DNA of 60,000 nucleotides from Amphiscolops sp. MND2022. Taxonomy: Eukaryota. The stretch spans positions 51,152,001 to 51,212,000 of the forward strand of contig OZ076409.1 in NCBI GenBank assembly GCA_964187785.1, in the 5' to 3' direction. Both the position numbers and the translations under genes were made by a program. Positions within the stretch are counted from its first letter, which is position 1, and each line of letters starts with the position of its first letter. Positions 26,601 to 38,600 of this stretch are shown piece by piece. Below the pieces are notes generated by a model. The model saw only the letters and a list, made by a program, of their open reading frames with translations. It was not told where the DNA came from and made no database searches.

Positions 26601-29600
26601 CTTCTTCCAAATTCCATTTGTCAATTTATAATAGTTCGGTTTCACCAATTCTTCCCATCTTTTGGTCCGGGTTAATGCTTCCGTTAAAGGGTCTTCTCTT
26701 TCTAGTTGTACAATCTCTTTGCTGTTCTTTCCAATTTCTTTCTGTGCCTGAACGGTAACGTGTAAAACTTTGTTGAGTTAATAGCAACGAACTGCGATCG
26801 TTCGCTTCACTTCCCTTTGTCTCCGGTTTGTTTCGGTAGCTGTTCTGTGATTGGTTGATTTTTGGTTCACACTTCTGAGTGGTCCGTTCGCGATTCTTTC
26901 ACCACGCCTGTAACGGTAGGCATAGCTTTTTTGTTTTCTCGTCCAGTTTTTTTAGTGCATATGCATAATCGAAATCCAATTTTGTTGTCAGAATTTAGCT
27001 GTCTTCTGATATTTTTGAAAGTAATTCTTCATTGAGTTTTCGTGAGTCTTGTGCGCTTTTGATTGTTTTGTCTTTCTTTACTGTTGTTACTGCGGGGCTC
27101 ACGAAACAATCTTCTGTGATTTCGGTTGCCCTTTCCAAGTGTCCGTTTTTTATCAGTCGTTTTAATTCTTTTGCAACTTGTTTTGTAATTATTTTGGTAT
27201 TGGTCTTCCTTTTTGTTGTATAACTTGTGCCCTTTCCTTTAGATTGATTTTGACTGATAGATCTTTGATCTTCTCGTTGTTGTAGAATAGATCATTGAAT
27301 TTGTTTTTCAGTTGGGTTTTTTCTTTTCGGTGTCGTCCAATTTGATAATGTGCATTTGAATTTCACTGTTGTTAGTGTTGAGGTGTCTTCCCAGCCGTCC
27401 AATCTAATCCTATCAACGGTGATGTTGTTGCTTTCATAATCAGCAATGGTAATTCAAAAGTTTCGTTGTTTGTTTTCACTTGCTTTCGTTTGTCCAGTAA
27501 ATAATTCCCTTTCGATTCGTTTGTATTTCCATTCGATGGAATCTTGGCGAGTTGTTCTTCCAGATTGCATTTGTCATTTTGTAATCGTTTGGTTTCACCA
27601 ATTCTTTCCATATTTTGGCCCGGGCTAATGCTTCCGATAAAGGGTCTTCTTTCTAGTTGTACAATCTCTTTGCTGTTCATTTCTGTTCCTGAATGGTAAC
27701 GTGTAAAACTTTGTTGAGTTAACAGCAACGAACTGCGATCCGATCATTCGCGTCGCTTCTTTGGCTTCGATTTGTTTTGGTAGCTGTTCTGTGATTGCTC
27801 GTTTTTTTGTTCTCACTTTTCTGGGTGGCCCGTTCGCGTTTGTTTCATCCTTGATTCGTTTATGCTGCCGTGATAGTTGATGAACCAAATCAATGGTAAT
27901 ATGCAATGAATTACGTATTCTTTGTCGTAATTTTTATTGGCTCTGGTGTTGACACCAGGCATCTGTTAATCCCAGGTGTTTGCTTGCGATGTTTTATCTT
28001 TGTCAAAATATGCCACCCTGTCGAACCATCGTGTTGGTCTTGCTCTATGTTTTATTCGATCTGTTTCTTTTTAATAGTGGTTCTAGCGCTTGGTGATCTG
28101 TCAGTAATTCGATTGGTTGGCCATGTATACCCCGCGTCAAAAAAATGTCGAATATTTTGAACTGAAATTACTCTGAAACTAATGCATGAAAATTGAATTT
28201 TCTTTTTTTTTACATGCAAGGCAAAATCATGCAAACGTAATCTGGCGGAAACAGCTCAAATATTCCACCACCGAATTTTACGTTTTACATAGGAGTGTTG
28301 GTAACTAGCACTTAAACATGTCAAAGCAAGAGAAAAATGATAAGCTCCTTTTACTGTACGACATGGGAGTTAGAGATTTCAACGAACTACAGATAATGAC
28401 AGATATACACCCAAGAACCTTATATCGGAATTTGACAAAATTACGAGAGGGACAAACCTTGGAACGCAGGCCTGGAAGTGGGCGTCCAAAGACATTTTGG
28501 GGTGATAATAAGAGGTCCCTCACTCTCTTGGCTCGGAATAACCTAGAGTTTTCAGCGAAAGATCCGAAACAAGCAGTAGCCTCTAAGGGAGGTCCGAGTG
28601 CATCGATCCGAACAATTCAAAGTCTGCGAGATAGTGGATGCACGAAAAAGAGAGCAAAAAAGACCCTGATCTCAGTTTCCCAAATGGAAAAACGGCTAGA
28701 ATTTTCACTGCAAATGAACGGATTTTTATGGGATAATGTATTAATTACCGATGAGTGTCTATTCTACGTTCACAGGAATACAATCAAGTATTGGGCAAAA
28801 GGCAAAGACAAGCCTCACAAGAAATTGGCTAAATTTTCGCCATCAATTATGGTCTGGGGGCCCTGTCCCACAAAGGGCTTTACATAACGACGATTGATGG
28901 GAACATAAATTCGGAAAATTTCATCCAAATTGTTAGCGATTTCATCCATACGCCAATGCAGTCTATCCCGACGGCTGGGTCTTACAGCAAGATGGGGCAA
29001 GGCCTCATACGTCGAAAAAGACACTAGAATTCTTCCAGGAAAATTCTATACAGAAAATGCAGTGGCCTGTGAATAGCCCAGATCTGTCGCCACATGGAAA
29101 TCTGTGGTCCATAATGAAGACACATATTGAGAAAGTGTCCCCTGCAATTCTGGGGGAACTAAAATCGTCAAATCAGTCCATTGCTGGATCAATTTCCCGC
29201 CAGACACAGGTGAACTTGATGAATTCAATCCCCCGCCGTTTACAACTCTGTATTGCGAATCGAGGAGGAGTAATTCCAGATTAAATTAAGTATAACTGAC
29301 TATCTGTTGATGGCTTTGCTTGTTGTAAAATATTACACTTCTATGTTGCATCAAATACAAGATATTTGCTATTTAAGTTTTGTATTTTTTGACATTTTTT
29401 TGACGCGGGGTATATATGGAGCCTGAACTGCTCCAGACCTTATACCACAGCAAGTAGCTCCAGTTTGTTTTTTTTTGCGTACTTCTATTCAGTGTCCGAT
29501 AAAAATATACTTGCATATCCGAACGGTTTTAAATTGCCGTTTTTCTGTCTTTGCCAGTGTCGCTCCCAATCCTTTTGTACTGGCGTCCGTTATTGAAATG

Positions 29601-32600
29601 TTTTCATTGTTTGCATTATAATGTGTTGAGCATGGGATATTCGTGATGTATTCCTTTAATTTGTTGAATGCGTTGGTGTGTTCTGTCCAGTTCCATTCGT
29701 TTTCTCAAGATATGGTCTTAGCTAATAAATTCTTGATCTATTTTGAGAGGTACTGAATCGCCCCTAGAATGACTTAAACTCCTACTACAACAATTTTTTC
29801 TGCTTTTCTCTTGTGTTTCCCCCGGCTTTGTTCTATCATCTTCCAAATTACTCTATTTATCTTTTGGTGTTCCACTTCTTTTCGTTTTATTTCCATTCGA
29901 TGGAAACTTGGCTGCTTGTACTTCTTCCAGATTCCATTTGTCATTTTATAATAGTTCGGTTTCACCAAATCTTTCCATCTTTTGATCAGGGCTGATGTTT
30001 CTGTTGAAGGGTCTTCTCTTTCTAGTTCAATCTTTTTGCTGTCCATTTCAAACTCTTTCTGTTCGTGAACGGTAACGTGTGAAACTTTCTGTTGAGTTAA
30101 TAGCAACGAACTGCGATCGTTCGCTTCACTTCTCTTTGGCTTCGATTTGTTTCGGTAGCTGTTCTGTTATTGGTTGATTTTTGGTTCACACTTCTTTGAG
30201 TGGTCCTTTCGCGTTTCTTTCATCCCGCCTGTAACGATGAAAATGCATAGGTTTGTTGTTTTCTAGTCCTGTTTTATTAGTCCATTTGTATAATCGATTT
30301 CCAATTCTGTTGCCAGAATTTCGCCGTCTTCTGATAATTTTCCCGATATTTTAAAATCTAATCGTTCCATGTTCGGCATTTGTGCTTTTCTTTTTATTGT
30401 TACTTCATTGAGTTTTCGTTACTCTAGTGCGAAATTGATTGATTCGTCTTTCTTTAATGTTGTTACTGCGTTTCTCACGAAACAATCTTCTGTGAATTCG
30501 CTTGCTTTTTCCAAGTATCCGTTTTTTTTCAGACGTTTTAATTCTTTTGCAACTTGTTCTTGTAATTATCTTGGTATTGGTCTTCTTTTTTGTTGTATAA
30601 CGTAAAACCATTCCTATAGATTGATTTTGACTGATAGATCTTTGATCTCCTTGTTGCTGTAGAATAGATCATTGAATTTTTTTTCAGTTGGGTTATTTTC
30701 CTTTCGGGGGCTTTTTGATATTGTGTATTTGTATTTGACTGTTGTTGGTGTTGAGGCATATTCCCAGCTGTCCAATCTAATCCCATCAACGGTGATGCTG
30801 TTGCTTTTGTAATCAGCAATGGTGATTCAAGTGTCTCGTTGTTTGTTTTCACTGTTGCTTTCGTTTGTCCAGTAAATTCAATTCTTTGGTTGTTTACGCT
30901 TTATAAGTGGTGATTAGTGGTTCCACTTCAGTTATCTTGTTAAAAATGCAATTAGGTAATAGTGTTACTGGCGATCCGCTGTCTATAATGAATTTGATTG
31001 GTCTCTCGTGAACCAATAGTATTTTATTATAGAATACGTTCTGATCGTTGCCTTTTATCTTTTGTATTTTTTGTAATCCCAGTTGTCTTCTGATGAAGAC
31101 TTTCTTTCGATGTTGTAATTTCTTCAATGATCACATTTTCTCGTATTGTCCTCTCTTTTTGCAGTTTCTACCTTCTGCGGATTTTGCTGGGCAGTTATGC
31201 ATTCTTAGCCAATTTGGTGCTCCGCATCGGTTGTCTTTGTATTTTGGTTTCTGACTGTCTTTTTTTTCTAGGTCCTTCGAAACTCGATTTTCAGACAATT
31301 TTCGTTTGTATTGCCGTTCTTGGGCGTGTTGTATTCTTCTGCCGTCGTTTGAATTGTTTGAGACATTTAACTGTCATACATGTATGCGTGTATTAGGTCC
31401 GTAACTGTGTCAATAGTCATGTTGCTTTTACGTATTTTCTTCTGTGATTCATTATCACCCGATCTTCCAAGCAGTGATAATGATTTGGAGTCTATCAGTT
31501 TGCTTGGGTCACGTTTTCGAATTCACAGTTCTTTTCTAATTGTAATATTCTTGTTCAAACATCTTCGTCTGTTTCATTTTTTCTCATGTGATTCCGAAGA
31601 AATCGGCTCGACTATGAAACTTTTTCTTTCTGGAATAAAATGTAGTAGAGACATTGAATACAGTTGGTTTGTATACATTGTTTGGATCATTGTCTCGAAC
31701 GGTCCTTGTCATTTCGGTAATGGCTGACTCGCCCAATGTCCATCTGAATGGGTCTTTGATCCGTTGTTCTAGTTCTCGATTTTGTTCCAATACTTCTGTT
31801 GTCATAATGTTCAGCTCGATGTTTTGAGTCATTTTTATGTACTGTGTAAATCTGCGCCACCATAATTTAGCTTCCTTTAGTCCCCTTTTTTCAAAGGTGG
31901 GTAGGGTGATCTTCCTTTGAGTTTTCTCGTTTTTTTTGGGTTTCCTCGTTTTGAAGTTTCTCCGTTTGAGGTATTTGTGCTTTCTGATACTTTCCATTTT
32001 GTTCATTCTGACTGCGCCATGTTCTATCTTTGCGAAAGTAATGATAAGGATATAGCTTGTAACAATGTATTTCAACTCGTATTGTACTCAACTGAATTCT
32101 ATACGTTAATGGACAATAAGATATACATGTACAAGCCTCATATGCAGATCGCTATACTTGCAATAAGTGGAAGTTAATCAAAGCTTTGACTGAATTACGA
32201 CAAAGTGTATTTTTGGACTAAATTCCACTTTTCACTAACTACGTGCCTTGTCTAGTTTACACTATTTTCCATTACGCGCGTTGACACAGCTACACCGTCC
32301 AGGCATAGACCGTCATGACTAACTTACGCTGAATGACCATTTTACGGATTACACAGATTACGCTGCGTGACTGAAATCCATTTTACCGGGATGTGTCTCG
32401 TAATGCTTATGTGATGAACATAAAGGTTGACAGGTACTTAACTGTCTAGAGGTTGTGTGACCACTACGGTCTTACTCAAGTATTACATAATAGATCATGT
32501 CACACTGCCGCAGGGATTCGAAGCCGCAACCGCTGGATTCCCTCTAACCCGATTGATAGTAATTACAATTAGTAGACAACAGCTTATAAAGCTTATAAAA

Positions 32601-35600
32601 TCTGTCCGTTCGTTGGTCTCAAAAATAAAAACAAGAGAAACGTCCAAAGTCGGCGCTATATCCAAGGCTCAAAAAGCGCAATGTTTCTAAAATTGTAAAA
32701 GGGGGCCCCTTTGTCTTTTTCAAACTCCAGTTTGTGGCAAAAACTAGAAAAATGAAGAAGGACCCTTTGGAGACATTAAAAATTTTTTTGGAAAAAAAAA
32801 CAAATTTGAGAATTTTTTGTGTCACAGTGCCGAAAAATGTAAAAGGGGAACCATTCGAGTTTTTTCAGCATCCATGCTGTTGCAAAAATGAAGGAGGACC
32901 CTTTGGTGCAATACAAAAGATGTCGAAAAAAGTCTCTTAGTGCCGAAAAAATCCAAATGAAAAACACCAAGATAGTTAAAGGGGAATCCTTGTTTTTGAG
33001 CATCTGGACGTCGTTTTTTTGTTTTGGATGAGTTTCTGTTGTTTCGAGTATATTGAGAACGTCCGTCGTTCAAGTTGTGGTTGTTGAACAAATGAGCAAC
33101 AAAGTGGACCCTACGTCTGAAAAACTACCCACTGTTAGCGTTGAGAACTTTTCTTCGAAAGCGCGGACTAAAAATATGTGCATCGTGAAAGAAGAATTTT
33201 TTAGAAACGTTTCTTAAACTGGATATCTGAAAATTGGTTACGATGTTTTTGGATGTTTTCTTTTGGAAAAAGTAACCTTTAAATGTCCTATGCTAAATAA
33301 AGTAACATTTAGTGTCCTTTGGATAAAAGTAACGCAGAGTGCATTTGAAAAACGAATCTCTGGTTTTGTTCAGAAGCAGCAGGTGTATTCGTAAGTTCTT
33401 CAATATTTTTGTATACACTCTCATTAGCATACGGTAGAGTATTAATTTGTCACAGTTTTAATTTCATGAATATCTCACATTTTCAGATTATGCATATCAA
33501 CTCTAAGTCCAACAGTGGCTGAGGTGCCAGTTGAACTGCATTTGGTTCCAAGCGATGTATCTAAAATTTCATGGCATCACATTTTCAGTGGCTGAATTTT
33601 CTTTATTGAATTGAATCAATTTGTTGACCGAGGGCGTACGAGCGCCGAGATTGAGAACTAACATGTGTGAAAGCCTGGTGGAACACAACTGTTCCATGTG
33701 ATCAGTAGGGAATAGCATTTTTAGTAATGTAAGGTATTTTTGGTAAGGTGTCACGGATGGCGTCATGTCTCATTTGAGTATGACCACCTTCAGCGCAATC
33801 AAGAGCATGGGAGATACAAAAGGCTTTGCCGCACGGGCAGTTTACTGGCAAGTGTGCAGGCTCCCATCCATAATGGAGAGCAATGCCGTCACGGAATTCT
33901 GACTTGGTGAGATTGAAATTATAGCGTTTGATGGGTAAAGCATTAAGCCAACAAGAAGCGCCTTTCTCGGATGCAAGATCCAATTAGTTCAGCTCTTCGA
34001 CGGTTAGCTTCAAACGTACAGATACTTTTTCATGTTTTAAGTTCTCTGATTTCTCCTTTTCGATTCAGAATTTGCTGTTGAGATAGTTCACAGTCAAAGG
34101 GATCGGGGTTTTCCAAGCAAACGGAAACTGTCTTGGAGCGCTGAAGCTCTTCGTCGCGCTCTTTTGGAAGCATGTTAAAGCCTCTATCGCGGACAGGCAG
34201 CGAAAAGACTTCTCGATAATTTCGTGTATCAACACCGTTTCCAATCAGGTTCGGAAGAAGATTGTGTGCTATCACATTTTCGGGCCCGTTCAAAACTAAT
34301 TCACTCTTAGGCGTGGTTCTTGATAAAAATGCCAGTTTTTGTTGAACTGCGGAGCTAAGACATTTGTAGATATTTTGAGGGGAAGTCTTTGAATGATCGG
34401 CAAGTTTTTTCAGGATGTCACAATGCTCGCTTTTCTTCTGAATCAGTAATTTTTCACAAGATTCATCAGAACCGACGATTGAGTCTAGGACCCGAAACCG
34501 TCGATAATTCCAACGTCAAGATCCCGGAACTTTTCTCTCGCAGATTGTATGACCTCGGATTTCGTTATGAGATGAAATTTTGTCAGATGATAGCCAAATT
34601 AAGGGCCGTGGTGTTTCAACAGCTTCGATGTTTCCAGGAGATCATCGGTGCTTCCGACTGCATTTCCGTCATCGGCGTACCATTTGTGTTTAACGCCTGG
34701 GACAGCTGCACATTTCATCAGAGGAAGTATAGCGATGCCATACATCGCCATCGCTAGCGGGTCGCCTCGTGTTGTTCCTTCGCGAGAGGTGTCTTCTTTC
34801 CGATGAAGATATTAGACGGTGTATTGTACGAGTTCCAAAGTGCTGTGTTGCATGATGGACAGATTTTTTCAATGTTTGGTAAAGCTAGCTCTAGATTCAA
34901 ACTATTAAAGGCATTTTTAGCGTCGATTTGCAGAATTGCTTGATTTCCGTTCGCTGAAAAGAGATCTCATGCTCAATACCACTCTTCTTGCTCAGACAGA
35001 GCTGACTTTTGCTACCAAGGAGCTTCAGATCGGTTTTGTACATTGAACTATACTTCGACCGATTATGTGCTCAAGCACGTCTCCGATCCCGATGGGTCGG
35101 ACTCCGGGGTTTTTATCAATGGCTATCAGTCTACACGAGTTATAGCTCCCAAAGAAAGTTAAGCGTTCAGTGGCGATTTTAACTGCAAGTCGGGCAATTG
35201 TTTTGCAGAGATCGGTGGACGATTATTTGAATGTTGTCAGTATTCTTCGCCATTCATTTGCATCAAGTCCCGACGGACCATGACTGTCATGTGTCTTCAT
35301 TGCCGCTCTTCTAATTGCAGGAGCATTGATTTTTTTCAAAGATGGTATGCAAGTGTTTGAAATTCGGATTGATTGATGACATAGCGGTTTTTCATTTTTT
35401 TTCGGGAGCTGGGTGTTTTTCTTCGAGATAATCGAGGACACTTTTATCACCAATCTTTTCGTTCAAATTGAGCACGCCGCTTTTGTTGCTATTCGATAAG
35501 CATTGTAATGCGTTCGATAGTTTGCCCGAATGCATGTGGTTGTCAAAATTTACTGAGGGAGTCATACTCGTAGGATGGCTTTGCCTCCTGGATTCTTCTT

Positions 35601-38600
35601 TGAATTGTTTTTGCTTCATTTGAAAGGGAGTCAAGATCGCATTTAAGCCATGATTCGATCCGCCTGGCTAACGTCTTGTTAACTGATTCGTCTAGATAGC
35701 TTTTGTTTCGTGGTAGTTTTTGTTGTCTTCATTAGGTACTACCAAGCCAGGAAGGGCCCAAGTCCGGGCCATATCTGAGGCTCAAATTAGCCAAAGGTTT
35801 TCAAAGTGTCAAATATTCTCTTCTACAGTACCCGCATGAGAAAAAAATTGAAAAAAATAGACGACAAACAATTGCATGACCCATGGATAACTTGGCGTAT
35901 TTGATGTTGCAAAACTAGAAGTTTCAGTAACGCAGCTGTGTAGATGAAGAAACAAAAAACTATCCAAATCATTGAAAACTAAAATTTCCATTGAAGCTAC
36001 TGATCTCATGTTAGCGAAAATGATTCTACAGAATATTGTCATGCGACGAGAATATGGCACACACCATAGACTTATGCCAGATTCCAAAAATACATCTTGC
36101 AGACAGTGTTTTGACTAGGGTTGGCATTTATCAAAACTAACTTGGAATAAACGAATCCTGAGAGTTCGAAAATAGTAATTTCGTATGCGATTGCTGATAA
36201 TGGCTCCGAATTCTGGTTAATTTGTGTTCTTGGAATTTGAACAACTCAAAGGCCTTTCAATTTTCAAGGTTTTTCAATTCAACGTAAGTTGATTTTTATC
36301 TTCTTTTTTGATATTTTTGGATAAGAAAATCGTATTCAGGGTTTTTTCGGCGTTATGAGTACGAATTTTTTTCAAAAAGATTCCTTGACACTGAAGTATT
36401 TTTTCTCGTTTTGAGCTTAAAGTGGGGTGCCGATTTTTCCCATTCCCGGCTTGTTGACTTCTGTAATGTCATAGATTTGATTCTTGTTTTTCTTTAAAAA
36501 CCGGGACCGTTTGTTTCTTTTTAGGTGGTATCGAGCCAAAATAATCAGACATGACCCGAAATCAACAGAAAACCCTAACTCATCTTGTGAAAGTGAGGGA
36601 GGAGTCCTGGTAAAATTCATTGATTATGGGAATACTGCGATGTGTCATTTGCAAGATGTTCTCGTGCCTTCTCACCAGTACCAACTCCATACAATGAAAC
36701 CCTTGTGTTCTCACGGATCTTTGTACAACGTTGAACCTAGGTCTTTTGGACGCGCTGGTAAATCGGGACAAATTTGGTCAAAAGCGAGTACAATGTTTTT
36801 CAAACGTATGGTTGAAAATCGCAACTTACTTGTGAATCAATCATTTGTGAATGATGAATCTGGAACTGTGGCGCTTGACTTGTACGAGCATATCCAAGTT
36901 AGTGACAAATGGACCTTGAATGGAGATTATCCAGCATCGCTTAGTAGAGCTCTGGTTTTCTCGAGGCTTGCTGTTTTCGAAAGCGGGGAGGCTTGTGATG
37001 TTTTGAAAATGTCCGGTAGGTACGAAATCCCGAAGGTATCTGTTTTTAACCCGGCCGACAGTCCCTTCATCACAGCCGCTGTCACCGAAGTTGTAAGTCC
37101 TTCAAACTTTTATTGCCGCCTTTTGACCAAAGAAAACAAGCAGGATGAATTATTGGAAAGCATAAATTCTTTTATTGACAAATGCGAGGAGATCAATGAG
37201 TGTCGTATTTGGTACCCCTATGTTGGAATGTACTGTCTAGCGCAGTTCCCCGGAGACGATGGTTCTGTTTTTTATTATCGTGCCAATGTCATTAAAGTTT
37301 TATCACCTAGCAATATCACTGTTTTCTTCATTGATTTTGGCAACTGTAATCAAGTAAAAATAGATCAGATGAGGAAAATTCCGCACCACTTTCTGATGTC
37401 TTTTCCCAACGTGTTGATCCAGTGCAAACTAGATGGCGTAGTTCCTTTGAGTAGAAATCTCGAGTCCGTTTGGTCGGAAGACTTCCGAACAAAGTTTCGA
37501 TGTCTAATTTTGGACAAATACGTCAAGCTAAAAGTTGTCTCTGTTTCCGACGAAGATTCTGACGAAGTTTACTGTGTTAAAGTTCTGATCGAATCTCGTA
37601 GACGAGGAAAGGACATAGATTTATCAGAATTTTTGATTGCTCAAAATTTAGTACAGAGTGCAGAAGAAATCAACAACCATCTCGTCCCCGAAACCACAGG
37701 TTAGTTATTGTTAAGAATTTCTTCAACATGAACTTATTCATCCTCGTAGATCATTGAATTTGTAAGTAGAGCAAATAACTGTAGTTATATAAATTTTGTG
37801 AGTTGTACTGTTTGCCGGGCATTTTTGGTTATTCAAAAAGGATCCCGAAAATTTTGCTTCAAAACGTTTACTGAGTTTTTTTGCGATATCATGTTAAAAG
37901 TGAAATTCGCCTTGGTTGCTTTCGTAACAGGTTGCTCGAAAGTTTTGAAACAGCTGGCTCATTTGTCGAAAAATAACGCAGAAAATCTCCGAATTATTTG
38001 AGAAACAAATTGAACTTTTTTGATAATTGGTCTGTTATGCATGACACTATTGGAAAAATATTATGCGTATGCGTTTCTGTTCCTCTGTTTAGACATTTTC
38101 ACGGATGTGCACTCGTGTGCTATTGATAATGAAACGAATGATGGTGAAAACAACGGAAAATCTGTGAGTGTGGGAGACCAGATGCGCAAAGTGCTCGTGT
38201 CCCATGTGGTGGATCCCTGGAACTTGTATGTCAGGAAATTCAACTCAAATGACAAAGACCCAATTTTGGAAGTTGAGCATGCAATTGATTATGCCGTCAT
38301 TGAAGGCCAGGTCTCTGAAAAGTGTCCCCCTAACACTGGTGAGGCTCTATTTCTGATGTTGTCTTTTTAAATGTTAATGTTGTTCCTTGATTTAATGTCC
38401 TTTAATATGTAGGACCTTGGATATTGTCCTTAAATGTCCTTAAATATGTCCCTGGATACTCGAGGGTCCATATTGGAACAACAAATTTATTGTATAATGA
38501 CTTGTATCTTGTTTTCAATGTTTGTTATTTTTTAAATCGAGGAGCTTTTTTCGTGCATCAAATTTTGGGTATCAAGGATTCTATATTCGATGATATCATT

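Noticed and set aside
33487..33600. Extra RNF17 exon after a TTTTCAG acceptor
   Set aside because: The frame hits a stop, and direct splicing 23068 to 36525 already gives the canonical Tudor core FNIDNRWYRAKI.
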